A stretch of DNA of 62,924 bases, the filler included, from Octopus bimaculoides (taxonomy: Eukaryota), in NCBI RefSeq assembly GCF_001194135.2. It is 5 parts of 4 records of this genome, joined end to end, with 100 filler letters (N's around TTAATTAATTAA, not from the genome) between each part and the next. Parts side by side here need not be neighbours in the genome. Positions count along the whole stretch, not along the records: positions 25,026 to 40,360 come from NC_069010.1; positions 40,461 to 59,335 come from NC_069005.1; 3 more parts are not named here. One strand, 5' to 3'. The notes under the pieces are model-generated. The model had not been told where the DNA came from, searched no databases, and saw nothing but the letters and a program-made list of their open reading frames with translations. The translations under genes were made by a program, and so were the position numbers. This document shows positions 40,186 to 50,356 of this stretch, in pieces. How positions within the stretch are numbered: position 1 is the stretch's first letter; each line of letters begins with the position of its first letter.

Positions 40186-40295
40186 AATCCTGATGATAGA
40201 ATGGCATGAATAACTTACGTATTGTTTGTTTTGGTAGAACCAACCATGCAAATGGATATGGTCAAAAAAATACCCAACTGGAGCACGGACACCAT
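25263..40295 (-). CDS. Thioester-containing protein (TEP/CD109/A2M superfamily) gene, 5' part: signal peptide, MG1-MG4 and start of next domain; 13 visible coding exons, 3' part absent
   Basis: Manually spliced exons give family motifs: YLFYAPRRF (MG1), SILTAKNIHKPGDT (cf. TDKPIYKPGQT), DANGN, GEFQISSRPVLGTWTIEV, EY|ELPKVEV (cf. EYVLPKFEV), AQYTQGKPVSG (cf. YTYGKPV), FKINASVEN, VTVKRADGQP. All GT-AG introns. Confidence 0.9.
26423..26785 (+). mobile_element. Repeat family D (SINE or LINE 3' end) with (ATG)n tail
   Basis: ...ggcacgtaaaagcacccactacactc...aacccatgctagcatg...cggacgttaaacgatgatgatg; copies at about 25470-25600, 27290-27503, 32155-32340 (-), 39985-40130, 53270-53530. Confidence 0.8.
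26849..27022 (-). CDS. TEP exon (MG4), 174 nt
   Basis: tttaacag|GTG...AAG|gtaaaa; VTVKRADGQPLTEEDRKNPLKISISIEGFSYSKSSTIPENGIVEFSLTPPNVKSLPVK. Confidence 0.9.
27290..27503 (+). mobile_element. Repeat family D, 5'-truncated
   Basis: High identity to 26560-26785. Confidence 0.8.
27933..28145 (-). CDS. TEP exon (MG3-MG4), 213 nt
   Basis: gttgcag|ATC...AAG|gtaagt; ITKETTFKINLDEVTSKSCYYFKINASVENDLDGKVYYADLGTTSVTSFPIHIIQHFRENMFEPNVTSVFK. Confidence 0.9.
28205..28495 (-). mobile_element. SINE family A partial copy in TEP intron
   Basis: 3' half, internal (TG)n and part of the 5' half. Other partial copies: about 3150-3300, 7180-7395, 12640-12855, 17020-17185, 21925-22090, 57740-57865. Confidence 0.75.
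29378..29462 (-). CDS. TEP exon (MG3), 85 nt
   Basis: tttttatcag|G TAC...AAG|gtaaag; YTQGKPVSGTAKLYINEHCLKKKSFSQK. Confidence 0.92.
29560..29790 (-). mobile_element. RTE-clade LINE 3' remnant in TEP intron
   Basis: KRERLRKTWDKVLRNDLRTMNVSGKMTKD (cf. GRPRKTWxEVxRxDL...MTxDR). Confidence 0.65.
29929..30588 (+). mobile_element. SINE family B full copy plus duplicated 3' half, flanked by a 12-bp target-site duplication
   Basis: Full copy 29929-30315, second 3' half about 30385-30588; cctatgcatgtg at 29916-29927 and 30589-30600. Confidence 0.88.
30940..31042 (-). CDS. TEP exon (MG3), 103 nt
   Basis: cttatttcag|AA CTC CCC...GCC CA|gtaagt; ELPKVEVTVVTPKYLYKLQKGNLIGTVLSVTVKA(Q). Confidence 0.92.
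31198..31995 (+). mobile_element. 5' part of a Tc1/mariner-type DNA transposon (TIR start plus HTH coding start)
   Basis: TA|CAGGGTG start; ORF MTQFAHLEIWKRHAVLLGNHTGSSNTNISECLGVNLRT looks like the paired-type HTH; cut off by a SINE near 32005; A/T-only expansion inside. Confidence 0.6.
31245..31739. repeat. Almost pure A/T degenerate satellite (tatattttta-type units)
   Basis: Seen directly; bounded by 40-bp direct repeats at 31205-31244 and 31740-31779. Confidence 0.9.
32594..32601 (-). CDS. 3' end of a TEP exon whose remainder lies in the N-gap 32602-33383
   Basis: GGAATATG|gtaagt at the gap edge; ...EY + G joins the next exon as EY|ELPK (phase 1). Confidence 0.7.
34094..34167 (-). CDS. 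TEP exon (MG2), 74 nt
   Basis: ttttttacag|GT GTT...GAT|gtaagt; GVSPGEFQISSRPVLGTWTIEVEQD. Confidence 0.92.
35707..35755 (-). CDS. TEP exon (MG2), 49 nt
   Basis: Pyrimidine tract then aag|GAC...AAT G|gtaagt; DANGNLLSKMQLTSKN(G), the family DPxGN motif. Confidence 0.8.
36799..36849 (-). CDS. Probable TEP exon (MG2), donor position uncertain
   Basis: ctctccccag|TT CTT ATC... gives KPGDT|VLILIIEIQKYNNTRDN; candidate donors at 36799 (phase 1) or 36771 (phase 2), neither matching the next visible exon (phase 0). Confidence 0.55.
37000..37132 (-). CDS. TEP exon (MG1-MG2 boundary), 133 nt
   Basis: tctgttgtag|AAT...ACA G|gtaaca; NTGDLEIKHYTLDLNLGGKLKVFCGYGSATSILTAKNIHKPGDT. Confidence 0.88.
37801..37826 (-). 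CDS. TEP micro-exon, 26 nt
   Basis: ttctttatctttcag|ACAAAAGGATAGCATTCTTCAAGATG|gtgagt; (D)KRIAFFKM; bridges phase 1 to phase 0 exactly. Confidence 0.8.
37990..38360 (-). mobile_element. RTE-clade LINE 3' remnant in TEP intron
   Basis: CKTWATTKKEEH...LQRAMETSVLGISFRDH..., then GMPPV/RWEDDF; classic RTE C-terminal region with disablements. Confidence 0.75.
38650..38810 (-). CDS. TEP exon (MG1), 161 nt
   Basis: ttccag|T ACG TAC...GCT G|gtaagt; TYYLFYAPRRFGIDDGLNITVVLFGKVETTTKVVIKLKDGDKDLKITSQDIPA; phase 2 in, phase 1 out. Confidence 0.9.
39070..39296 (+). mobile_element. Mariner transposase 3' remnant with right TIR
   Basis: KMKEAVTRVLDTFSLEDFRG...LEHYNICIEDRGSYFEE; ends ...aatttctggaacacaccttg|TA. 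Confidence 0.8.
39615..39845 (+). mobile_element. SINE family E with alternative tail
   Basis: Head and CORE-like domain followed by cctgcaatggactgacatcccatccagg; same at 5065-5305 (-) and 58380-58545 (+). Confidence 0.75.
40219..40295 (-). CDS. TEP first coding exon (signal peptide)
   Basis: Acceptor ttttttcag|CTCAAG ATG (exon begins 40301); MVSVLQLGIFLTISICMVGSTKTNN, hydrophobic; donor AC|gtaagt, phase 2, matching next exon. Confidence 0.85.
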
Positions 40296-40360
40296 CTTGA
40301 GCTGAAAAAAAAAAAAGTTTACAAACCTATGTACGTATATATACATATATATATATACAT

Positions 40361-40460
40361 NNNNNNNNNNNNNNNNNNNNNNNNNNNNNNNNNNNNNNNN
40401 NNNNTTAATTAATTAANNNNNNNNNNNNNNNNNNNNNNNNNNNNNNNNNNNNNNNNNNNN
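40361..40460. other. Artificial scaffold-join spacer
   Basis: 44 N + TTAATTAATTAA + 44 N. Confidence 0.95.
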
Positions 40461-40707
40461 TATATATATACGTATATATATATATATATACGTATATATA
40501 TATATGTGTGTATGTGCGTGCGCATGTGTGTGTGTGTGTATATATATAAATATAGCTTCGTAATATATATAACTCACATGTATTTATATGTTCATATCTG
40601 CGTTTCGAGCATTATTTTTTAACTTATTTAGTTCTACACAGAACCTTCAACTTTATTATATTTACTACTACTTCTACGACGACTATCACTTCTGCCACTA
40701 CAAATAT

Positions 40708-40746
<39 letters not shown>

Positions 40747-40749
40747 AAA

Positions 40750-40792
<43 letters not shown>

Positions 40793-41019
40793 GTTTAATG
40801 TCTTGACTAATTTCGTATGAATATCAATCGGAGATTATCTAACCCTTGTATTTTACTTCATTTACTTTTACACAGACGGAGCCGTTGTTGTCCTATCTCG
40901 TTTGCATAAAGAAGCCTAGTATTACTCGAATAGGCTTATTTCATTTTGCACTCATTGCCTGCTTAATCGTTTTCTATAAACGTTTTACATCTTAATTCTT
41001 CATTGTTAGCATACCATAA

Positions 41020-41444
41020 CAGGCATGGTTGTGTGATAAGAAGTTTGCTTCATAAGCACATGGTTCCGGGTTCAGTCCCACTGCGTGGCACCTTGGGCAA
41101 GTGCCTTCTACTAAAGCCTCAAGCCGACCAAAGCCTTATGAGTGGATTTGATTGACAGGAACTAGAAGAAGCCTCTCCAATATATAAATAAATATATCTA
41201 TTTATATACAGATATTTTCGGTAAGAATCTATTGATTTCGAAACATGTTTACAGATAATTGTATTTTTTATGTAATTTTCACTGGTCTTGCCCGCTTTGG
41301 GTTTTTGTTACTCCGCTAAATTCCCTTTGAGAATTATCCGGTCTTAGTAGACACATGACATGTGATCTTCTTCTAGCACATTAGCAGTCCACCTAGTGGC
41401 CTCCTTTATATATATTTTTATATGTACGTATAAATAAATATATC

Positions 41445-41499
<55 letters not shown>

Positions 41500-41735
41500 A
41501 TTTGTATCACTTTGTTTGTCCCTCACCATCACCGTTTGACGACCACTGTTGGTGTATTTACGTCCCCGTAGCAGCGGTTCGGCAAAAGAGCGCGATAGAA
41601 TAAGTACTAGGCTTCCTAAATCAAGTCCTGGACTCCATTTGTTGGACTAAAATCCTTTCAAGGCGGTGCTGTAGCATAGTCGCAGTTACATGACTGAAAC
41701 AGGTGAAAGAATAAAAGAATAAAAGAATAAAAGAA
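41020..41735 (+). mobile_element. SINE family A head (41020-41180) and 3' half (41510-41735) separated by an expanded middle with (GATA)n
   Basis: Both halves match other family A copies and are co-oriented. Confidence 0.65.
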
Positions 41736-42829
41736 TACCAACACATATACATTCCCTATTAAGTGTACCGTAAATCCGTAAATTCGTTTTCGAAAGCTTT
41801 AACTCTTTGCCTGCCCTGTGTAACACATATGTTACACAGGACATATTTTTCTGGCTTCTTTGTCTCCTATATGATACATATTCCTAATATTTTACATAGA
41901 TTTTTACTCTAATACTAAACCGAAAATACTGAAAATGGCTGCCTAACACTACACCGGTAACAACATAAAAGCCTTTGGTTTAAGTATGTTAGTGCTAGTA
42001 TATGCGTATTTCTGCATCGTTTAGGCTTCTTTGGTAGGAGGCATCCACTGGCGACTGCATGCTAAGACAAGATCCTTAGGAAAACAGTGACTGAAAAATC
42101 ACTGATGTTGCAATTACCCGGTCGACTGAATAAAATTCGTTATGTGCAATGGAAACGGTGTTAGTTTAAAAGAGCAATCTGTATATAATAGCTAATGCAG
42201 ATAAACACTGGAAAGTCGAATAAAATGCAGTATAAGTCCTGAGATAATATCGCTTAAAGACGTACACGTAAATAACTCATAACGTTCAAAACAACCCGTA
42301 ATACTCAAAATACTTCGTAATACTGAAAACATATGAAACAAGGACTAACTAGAAGATTCAAAACGAGCATGAAAATAATTGAGACAGGTAAAGTGTTAAA
42401 TTTGTAGGCAAAAAAACGAATAGCCTTAAATATAATTAAAATTCTTCATTTCCTTTAGTTCTTTTCATTAATATGTGATCATTTTTCACACATCTGTAGC
42501 CTTGTACGTCTATCTTAGTAAGATCTTAGAAAGCCGACGTAAATACCGTAAGGCATTTTAACGCTTCTATCATCTTGCCGCTCAATAAGAGCCTACTTGT
42601 GCTAAGCAGCAGCAACAACAACAACAACAACAAGACGACGAGGATGACGATGATGACGACGACAAAACCAAGACTAACAATTAACAGTATCAAAATCAAC
42701 GACGTCTTTGCAAAAAAAAACATTTTACTGGGAACAGAACTAATAATAAATCAAAGCTAAAATATAAAATTAACGAGAACTTTAATTTCTTAACCAGACA
42801 TTATTATGTTGCCGCAGCATGACCTGTAT

Positions 42830-43236
42830 GTGGGCTGGAGTTTGTCTTTGGAGTGTGACAAGATGTGATCGCTGTGTGGCCTTCTTGTGTGTCGGGTTGT
42901 GGCCTGCGAGTGTGGCGGGCCGTAGCTTGCGTATATGCTGAGGTTTGGCCTGGGTGTATCCGAGGTGTGATTCGGGTGTGTGCCGTGTTGGGACTTAGTG
43001 TGTAGCCTTGTTGTGTGTTGGATTGTAACTGGAGTATGCGTCGTGTTGTATGCCTGGAACTGTACCGCAGTGTGTCCAGGATTTGTGCCGGGTTGTGACT
43101 TGTATGTGTGCCAGATTGTGGACTGGGTGTGTACCGCAGCGTTGCTTGGGAGTGTACCGGAGTATAACTTGGGGACGTGTGTCGCTATGTAGTCAGGTTA
43201 TGTGCTGGGATATAAACTCTGTATGTGTGTGTGTGT

Positions 43237-43299
<63 letters not shown>

Positions 43300-43745
43300 G
43301 GGATGTGGCCTGGGTTTCAACCAGGGTATGAGCTGGGTGTGTGCTGTGATTTGGCATGAGTGTGTACCGGAGTTAGACCTGGGTGTTTGCTGTAATGTGA
43401 GCTGGATGTGTGCCGGGATAAGGGCCTGGGTGTTTTCCTGGGAGTGGCCTGAGTGTGTGCTGTCGTGTTGCCTGGATATGTACCTGGATGCTGCCTATGT
43501 ATCCGCCGGGCTGTGGCCTGTGCATGTGTTGGGGCACGACTTTGGTATGTGCCGCAGTTTGGCCTGGGTGTGTGTCGCGGTGCTGCATGGGTTATGCCAG
43601 GCTAGTTTGGGCGTGTACCGCAGTGTGATCTGGAAATGTGTCGCAGTGTCGTCTGAGTTTGTGCCGCGTGATGTGCATTGGGTGTGAGCTGCAGTGTGGC
43701 CTGGATGTAGACTAGGGTGCGTGACGTGGATCTAGCTGGGTGTTA
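42830..43745. repeat. G/T-skewed degenerate minisatellite
   Basis: Recurring units such as ggcctgggtgtg and gtgtaccgcagtgtg around a (TG)n core. Confidence 0.75.
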
Positions 43746-44215
43746 GCTATAAAAGCTGGTTAGTCAATGACACACGGTTGTATAGACATATATTTAAATA
43801 TGTCAAAAGACAAGGGAAAAGAATATTCCGGATGTACCTATGATACATTCGTCAGAATCGACTCGTTTTACGTAACACATGATGAACTTGCGCAACACAG
43901 GATGGACTTGCGTAACACAGGATGAACAAAACCTAACCTTCTTTCCCTGATGCAAAACGATAAAAAAGAACAAACCAGTTTTCAAGGATCCTGCAGTCAG
44001 AATCATTGCCCAAATACTATTGTTTTCGTTTAATGTGTATCTGAAACAAAATACTTAACTGCATTTCATCTATCTTTACGTTCCGAGTTCAAATTCTGCT
44101 GAAGTAGTCTTTGCTTTCACCCTTTCGGAATCGATAAAATAAATATCGGTTGAGCACTGGGGTTGATGTTATCGACTGGTCCCCTCCACAAAGATTTCAG
44201 GTCTTGTGTCTATGT

Positions 44216-44597
44216 TGTTGTTGGCACTCCGTCGCTTACGACGTCGAGGGTTCCAGTTGATCCAATCAACGGAACAGCCTGCTCGTGAAATTAACGTGCA
44301 AGTGGCTGAGCACTCCACAGACACGTGTACCCTTAACATAGTTCTCGGGGATATTCAGCGTGACACAGAGTAACAAGGCTGACCCTTTGAATTACAGGCA
44401 CAACAGAAACAGGAAGTAAGAGTGAGAGAAAGTTGTTGTGAAAGAGTACAGCAGGGTTCGTCACATCCCCTGCCGGAGCCTCGTGGAGCTTTAGATGTTT
44501 TCGCTCAATAAACACTCACAACGCCCGGTCTGAGAATCGAAACCGCGATCCTATGACCACGAGTCAGCTGCCTTAACCACTGGGCCATTGCGCCTCC
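44216..44597 (-). mobile_element. SINE family B, full length
   Basis: Reverse complement of the 29929 copy including (CAA)n tail. Confidence 0.88.
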
Positions 44598-45017
44598 CTT
44601 GTATCTATAATAAGGAAATAAAAGTATTATATTTAACTTGCACTGTTATGCCATCATATTCATCTATAGAATTTCAGCAAGGACTATATTTTAGCTTAAT
44701 CGAAAATATTGTTGTTCGTCATGTCAAACAGTAACAATTAAAGATGAAATATATTCCAGAAGGGGAAGACAGACATACAGACAGACAGGAAGACCGATGT
44801 AGGGAGGTCGGGAGAATCCATAAAACAAAATGTGGTCGTTCTTCTCTGTTTGCTCAATATGCTGGAAAATAAACTGAAACAGCAAAAAAATTAACAATCA
44901 ACCCCACCCTTCCACCCCCACCTCCGCAGAAAAGTTACAACTAAGGGAGGTAATAAATTTTACGCGACAACGCTGTACATCACTCGGCACCTCTGACACG
45001 TGCTAAACACGCAGAGC

Positions 45018-45082
<65 letters not shown>

Positions 45083-45289
45083 AATGATTACAATAGTATT
45101 AATGTTACAAGGAAAAGAAACAAATTCATAGTAGAGACAGAGTAATAGAAAAAAGAAGAAAAAGAGCAATAAATGAATGATGATGATGATCATCATCATC
45201 ATCATTATCATCATCATCACCATCATTATGTCGGTGGTGTTGGTTGTCATCGTCATGGAGAGGATGATGATGATGGTGATGAAGATGAT

Positions 45290-46130
45290 GATGGGAGAGG
45301 TGAGAAGAAGGAAGAGGAGGAGGGAGTGAAGGAGAGGATTTGAAAAAGCAGAGGAAGAAAGGGGAGGAGAGAAGGGGAGGAGGGAAGGGGAGGAGGGAAG
45401 GGAGAGGAGGAGAGAGGGGAGGGAAGACAAGGAGAGGGAAGGAAGACGAGGAGAGTNNNNNNNNNNNNNNNNNNNNNNNNNNNNNNNNNNNNNNNNNNNN
45501 NNNNNNNNNNNNNNNNNNNNNNNNNNNNNNNNNNNNNNNNNNNNNNNNNNNNNNNNNNNNNNNNNNNNNNNNNNNNNNNNNNNNNNNNNNNNNNNNNNNN
45601 NNNNNNNNNNNNNNNNNNNNNNNNNNNNNNNNNNNNNNNNNNNNNNNNNNNNNNNNNNNNNNNNNNNNNNNNNNNNNNNNNNNNNNNNNNNNNNNNNNNN
45701 NNNNNNNNNNNNAGGATTTGAAAAAGCAGAGGAAGAAAGGGGAGGAGAGAAGGGGAGGAGGGAAGGGGAGGAGGGAAGGGAGAGGAGGAGAGAGGGGAGG
45801 GAAGACAAGGAGAGGGAAGGAAGACGAGGAGAGTGAAGGAAGACGAAGAGAGAGAGAGGGAGGAGGAGGAGCAGGAGGAGGAGCAGGAGCAGGATCAGGA
45901 GGACGACGACGACGACGACGACGACGATGATGACGCTGATGATGACGACGACGAGTACCAGGACGATGACGATGATTATGATGATGATGAGGTGTAGGAG
46001 GAGGAAACCAATAACGACGACGATGCTGACGATGAAGACGATGATGCTGCAGCTGTTGCTACTGCTAATGATGATGGTGATGATGGTGATGATGTTGATG
46101 ACGATGGTGATGACGTTTGAAAGACGGAGA
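45290..46130. repeat. Polypurine (GGA/GAG) tract duplicated across a gap, then GAC/GAT triplets
   Basis: 45335-45456 recurs at 45713-45835. Confidence 0.85.
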
Positions 46131-46240
46131 TTGAGCGTCACAGATATTATTACAATCACTCTAATGCTGGTGTTTAAGGGTTAAAGTAGATTAACAAGGA
46201 AGGATACGGTAGGATGTTGTGGTGAGACATTTTTGTACCC

Positions 46241-46282
<42 letters not shown>

Positions 46283-46884
46283 GCACGCACGCACACACAC
46301 ATGTTCACATTTATACCAGTAATTATGGTGCATTTGGTTTCGTGAATAAATGCCTACGTGACAATATGGAAAAGCTGGGGGTTTTCAGAAGAAAAAATCG
46401 ACCAGCTAATTCGCACTTTATAAACGCATTCTATAAGCGAAACAGTAGGAAATGCGAAATTGTTTTATCTACATTCCAACGATAGAGTTTTGTATGTGTG
46501 TTAGAAACCAGATTCTTCCATGTAGAAAGACTGTTTTTTTAACAATTAAAACTAGAAAACGTACATACATATATATGTATACATAGGTACATACATATAT
46601 ACATAGTTCTATAGCATGCACATTGCAAATACAGTATGTGAGCAGAAGGTTAAAAATATGCAAGTCTTTCTCAAGTTCAAAACGTGAATTTGTTTTTATT
46701 ATCTAGTTTCCAACGACGGCGCTTTGCATGTGTTAGAAAACAGCTCCTTCCTTACAGGAAGATTTTTAAATTATTACAAATAGGTGTAAACACGCGTGCA
46801 TACATACATACGTGCATATATACATACATACATACATACATACATACATACATGCATACATACATGCAAACATGCATGCATGCA

Positions 46885-47320
46885 TCCGTAAAAACCTCAA
46901 TAAAATGTAAGCACAATAGACTTGACATAATGATTTGGGATAGAAAAGAGAAACTGTATACAGTTGTGGAATTCAGTGAAAAAGAAAATACTCAAGCTGA
47001 ACTATTGAGAAATCTGCAGTTACTCTATCCAGATTACAAGTTCAGGTTTATACCTGTAATTATTGGGGCACTGGGATATATAACACACTGCCTAAATACC
47101 AATTTTGAGAAATTAGGCTTCTCAAAACAAGAAAGGAGAAAGCTAATTCGAAGACTTCAGGTCCACTCCATCACTGGCACTATAAAAATCTGTGAAAATT
47201 TCCAGAAGTTTATCATTTAAGTATATATGCGTATGTCTAGATATGCAACTATATGCATGAGAATACATACATAAAGCAAAACATACAAATCTGCACATAT
47301 ACATACATACATACATACAT
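46885..47320 (+). mobile_element. 5'-truncated R4/Dong-like non-LTR retrotransposon (RLE endonuclease end plus 3' UTR) inside a (CATA)n tract
   Basis: SVKTSIKCKHNRLDIMIWDRKEKLYTVVEFS...LRNLQLLYPDYKFRFIPVIIGALG...GTIKICENFQKFII* (HNRPDI and IPIVIGALG motifs; internal deletion); (CATA)n on both sides. Confidence 0.8.
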
Positions 47321-48107
47321 TTCCTTCTCCGTGAGCAAAGGGTTTCAACTATTTTTTTTAATCTATGGACCCNNNNNNNNNNGCCATAGCCATTTTATGT
47401 TTAAAAACTAGTTTTATAGAAATTCCTATTTTGTTTTTCATACATTAACTTGTGTAGTTTGAACTATGTCAAATATTAGAGAAACCTGTTTCTTGCCCTA
47501 CATACCAATATATACATCTAAAGAAACATTTTTTTATGGGCTTTTAAAATACTATTGTGGATCCCCAATTTACTATTTTGTTACGTGGCTGCCCAAAAAT
47601 CTTATATTGACCCTCCGGGGCCATATGGACACCTGTTGATAATTATTGTCCTAGAGTAATATCCAAACAAAGCAAGATGTTTTTTACTTCTAGCTGATGG
47701 GTGTCCGTTGACTCCATTGAATTGATCCATCTTTGGTGGGTTATATTTTTTGTCCTGCATGGTCTCCAACGAAAACCACCATCCATACCAACGGGGTTGG
47801 TGAGTTTGCCGGTCTACCCACGACTATGCGGCAGATTGTACTGAGTTACATGTTACCAATACCACGAAGAGGGACATGACAGATACATACATTAACATAT
47901 GCCTATAGATGCGTCCTGCCCGAAGCTCGTCGAAACGCCAGTGTTAAAACGTGGGTAGCTGATGAAGTAGAATGTTCTCTATGTGGCTCGTGTGTTCTCG
48001 TCTACGTTTGTTTGCAATGTCCTGTACCCAGATATGCACCTATACATACAGGTGGATGTCGGTATGCACATACCTGTACGTATATATGCATATACTCATT
48101 TACTTTT

Positions 48108-48178
<71 letters not shown>

Positions 48179-48779
48179 GTTTACATACCTTTGAATGAGG
48201 TTTTTTTAATTAAATGCTTTCATCACAACCATTATATGACACGCTACTAATGTGTTTATATTGACGTTCATGTTGGGTTCATGAACAGATAAATTAACAG
48301 AGTTAATCGTCCAACAGACCAAGGAAAGACTTCAAAGACTTCGTTCGACATGCTAGAAATAGCAGCAAAATCTGCCTTATGTCTCACCCTGTTGACTTCG
48401 AAAGCAAAAGAATACATTGCATAACAGAGTCGCAACAATAATAGTCAAATATCACTCAAATGGCACCTCATCATCTTTATAGAAGGTTGTCCCGTTGCAT
48501 GGCATAGTTGCTAAATAAAGTAGCAAATTGTACCTCAAATTGCAAAACCATCGCACTGCAATTTGATAATGTATTTCATCATAGTTTAGCTTCGTCAGTG
48601 CTTACTTGGAGTTGGTGATGAACAACAAGAAACAGAGATGAACCATGTAGTGTCAGGAATGTCTTGTTGGGTTAGACTTGAACTGCAGCTAAACAACAGC
48701 AACAACAGCGATAAATAGAACAACAGCAACAGCAAGTGCAATAACAACAATAACAGCAGCAGCAACAACAGCGGTAGCT

Positions 48780-48923
48780 GCAATAACAATAGCAAGAAGA
48801 AGAAGAAGAAGAAGAAGAAGAAGAAGAAGAGGAGGAGGAGGAGGAGGAGGAGGAGGAGAAATAGAAGAAGACGAGGAAGAAAAGAAGAAGACGAGGAAGA
48901 AAAGAAGAAGGAGAAGAAGATGG

Positions 48924-48956
<33 letters not shown>

Positions 48957-49102
48957 GAAGAAGAAGAAGAAGAAGAAGGAGAGGAGGAGGAGGAGGAGGA
49001 GAAATAGAAGAAGAAGACGAGGAAGAAAAGAAGAAGAAGGAGAAGAAGATGGTGATGATGATGAGAAGAAGAAGAAGAAGAAGAAGAAGAAGAAGAAGAT
49101 GG

Positions 49103-49141
<39 letters not shown>

Positions 49142-49890
49142 GAAGAAGAAGAAGGAGAGGAGGAGGANNNNNNNNNNNNNNNNNNNNNNNNNNNNNNNNN
49201 NNNNNNNNNNNNNNNNNNNNNNNNNNNNNNNNNNNNNNNNNNNNNNNNNNNNNNNNNNNNNNNNNNNNNNNNNNNNNNNNNNNNNNNNNNNNNNNNNNNN
49301 NNNNNNNNNNNNNNNNNNNNNNNNNNNNNNNNNNNNNNNNNNNNNNNNNNNNNNNNNNNNNNNNNNNNNNNNNNNNNNNNNNNNNNNNNNNNNNNNNNNN
49401 NNNNNNNNNNNNNNNNNNNNNNNNNNNNNNNNNNNNNNNNNNNNNNNNNNNNNNNNNNNNNNNNNNNNNNNNNNNNNNNNNNNNNNNNNNNNNNNNNNNN
49501 NNNNNNNNNNNNNNNNNNNNNNNNNNNNNNNNNNNNNNNNNNNNNNNNNNNNNNNNNNNNNNNNNNNNNNNNNNNNNNNNNNNNNNNNNNNNNNNNNNNN
49601 NNNNNNNNNNNNNNNNNNNNNNNNNNNNNNNNNNNNNNNNNNNNNNNNNNNNNNNNNNNNNNNNNNNNNNNNNNNNNNNNNNNNNNNNNNATGAGGATAA
49701 ATAGAAGAAGAGGACGAGGAAGAAAAGAAGAAGGAGAAGAAGATGATGATGATGATGGTGATGAGAAGAAGAAGAAGAAGAAGAAGAAGAAGAAGAAGAA
49801 GAAGAGGAGGAGGATAAATAGAAGAAGAGGACGAAGAAGAAGAAGAAGAAGAAGAAGAAGAAGAAGAAGAAGAAGAAGAAGAAGAAGACA
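48780..49890. repeat. GAA/GGA/GAT microsatellite mosaic spanning a gap
   Basis: Seen directly. Confidence 0.95.
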
Positions 49891-50221
49891 TGGACAATAC
49901 AGTTTTATGAAAATTTTGCTGGGTCAGACGTGATCTACTGCAAAACCACAACAACAGCAACAACAGTAATAGGTGCCGCAATTTCAACCAGAAGAACAGA
50001 CAGCGGCGACCAGAAATAACAGAAACAGAAACGAGAACAACAAAAGCAGCCACAAGGGCAACTGCAGCAACAGCAGCAGCAGCAATATGAACAACAACAG
50101 CAGCAGCAGCAAAAAGAACAACAGTAACAATTACAACAACAAGCTGCGATGAATAATGGTGTCAGTAAAATAATTCCGCCAGATCTCAAATGACCTGCTG
50201 CTAATTAATAACAACCTCGAC

Positions 50222-50356
50222 GACGACGTCGATAGCAACAGTAACCACGACAACAATAACAGCAACGACGACGTCGATAGCAACAGTAACCACGACAACA
50301 ATAACAGCAACAACGACGTCGATAGCAACAGTAACCACGACAACAATAACAGCAAC
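50222..50356. repeat. Three tandem copies of a 45-bp unit
   Basis: gacgacgtcgatagcaacagtaaccacgacaacaataacagcaac x3. Confidence 0.9.

Noticed and set aside
43202-43687. 161-aa Cys/Val/Trp-rich ORF
   Set aside because: Result of the G/T-skewed minisatellite, which rarely encodes stops; starts at a non-ATG codon.
47925-47975. cgaaacg...ctgatgaag, a Penelope or type II hammerhead-like motif
   Set aside because: Position 17 would be G and stem I cannot form; no flanking Penelope coding signal recognised.
49935-50190. Gln/Asn-rich stretch as possible Antp exon 1
   Set aside because: No hexapeptide, no suitable donor, and stops in the Gln frame.
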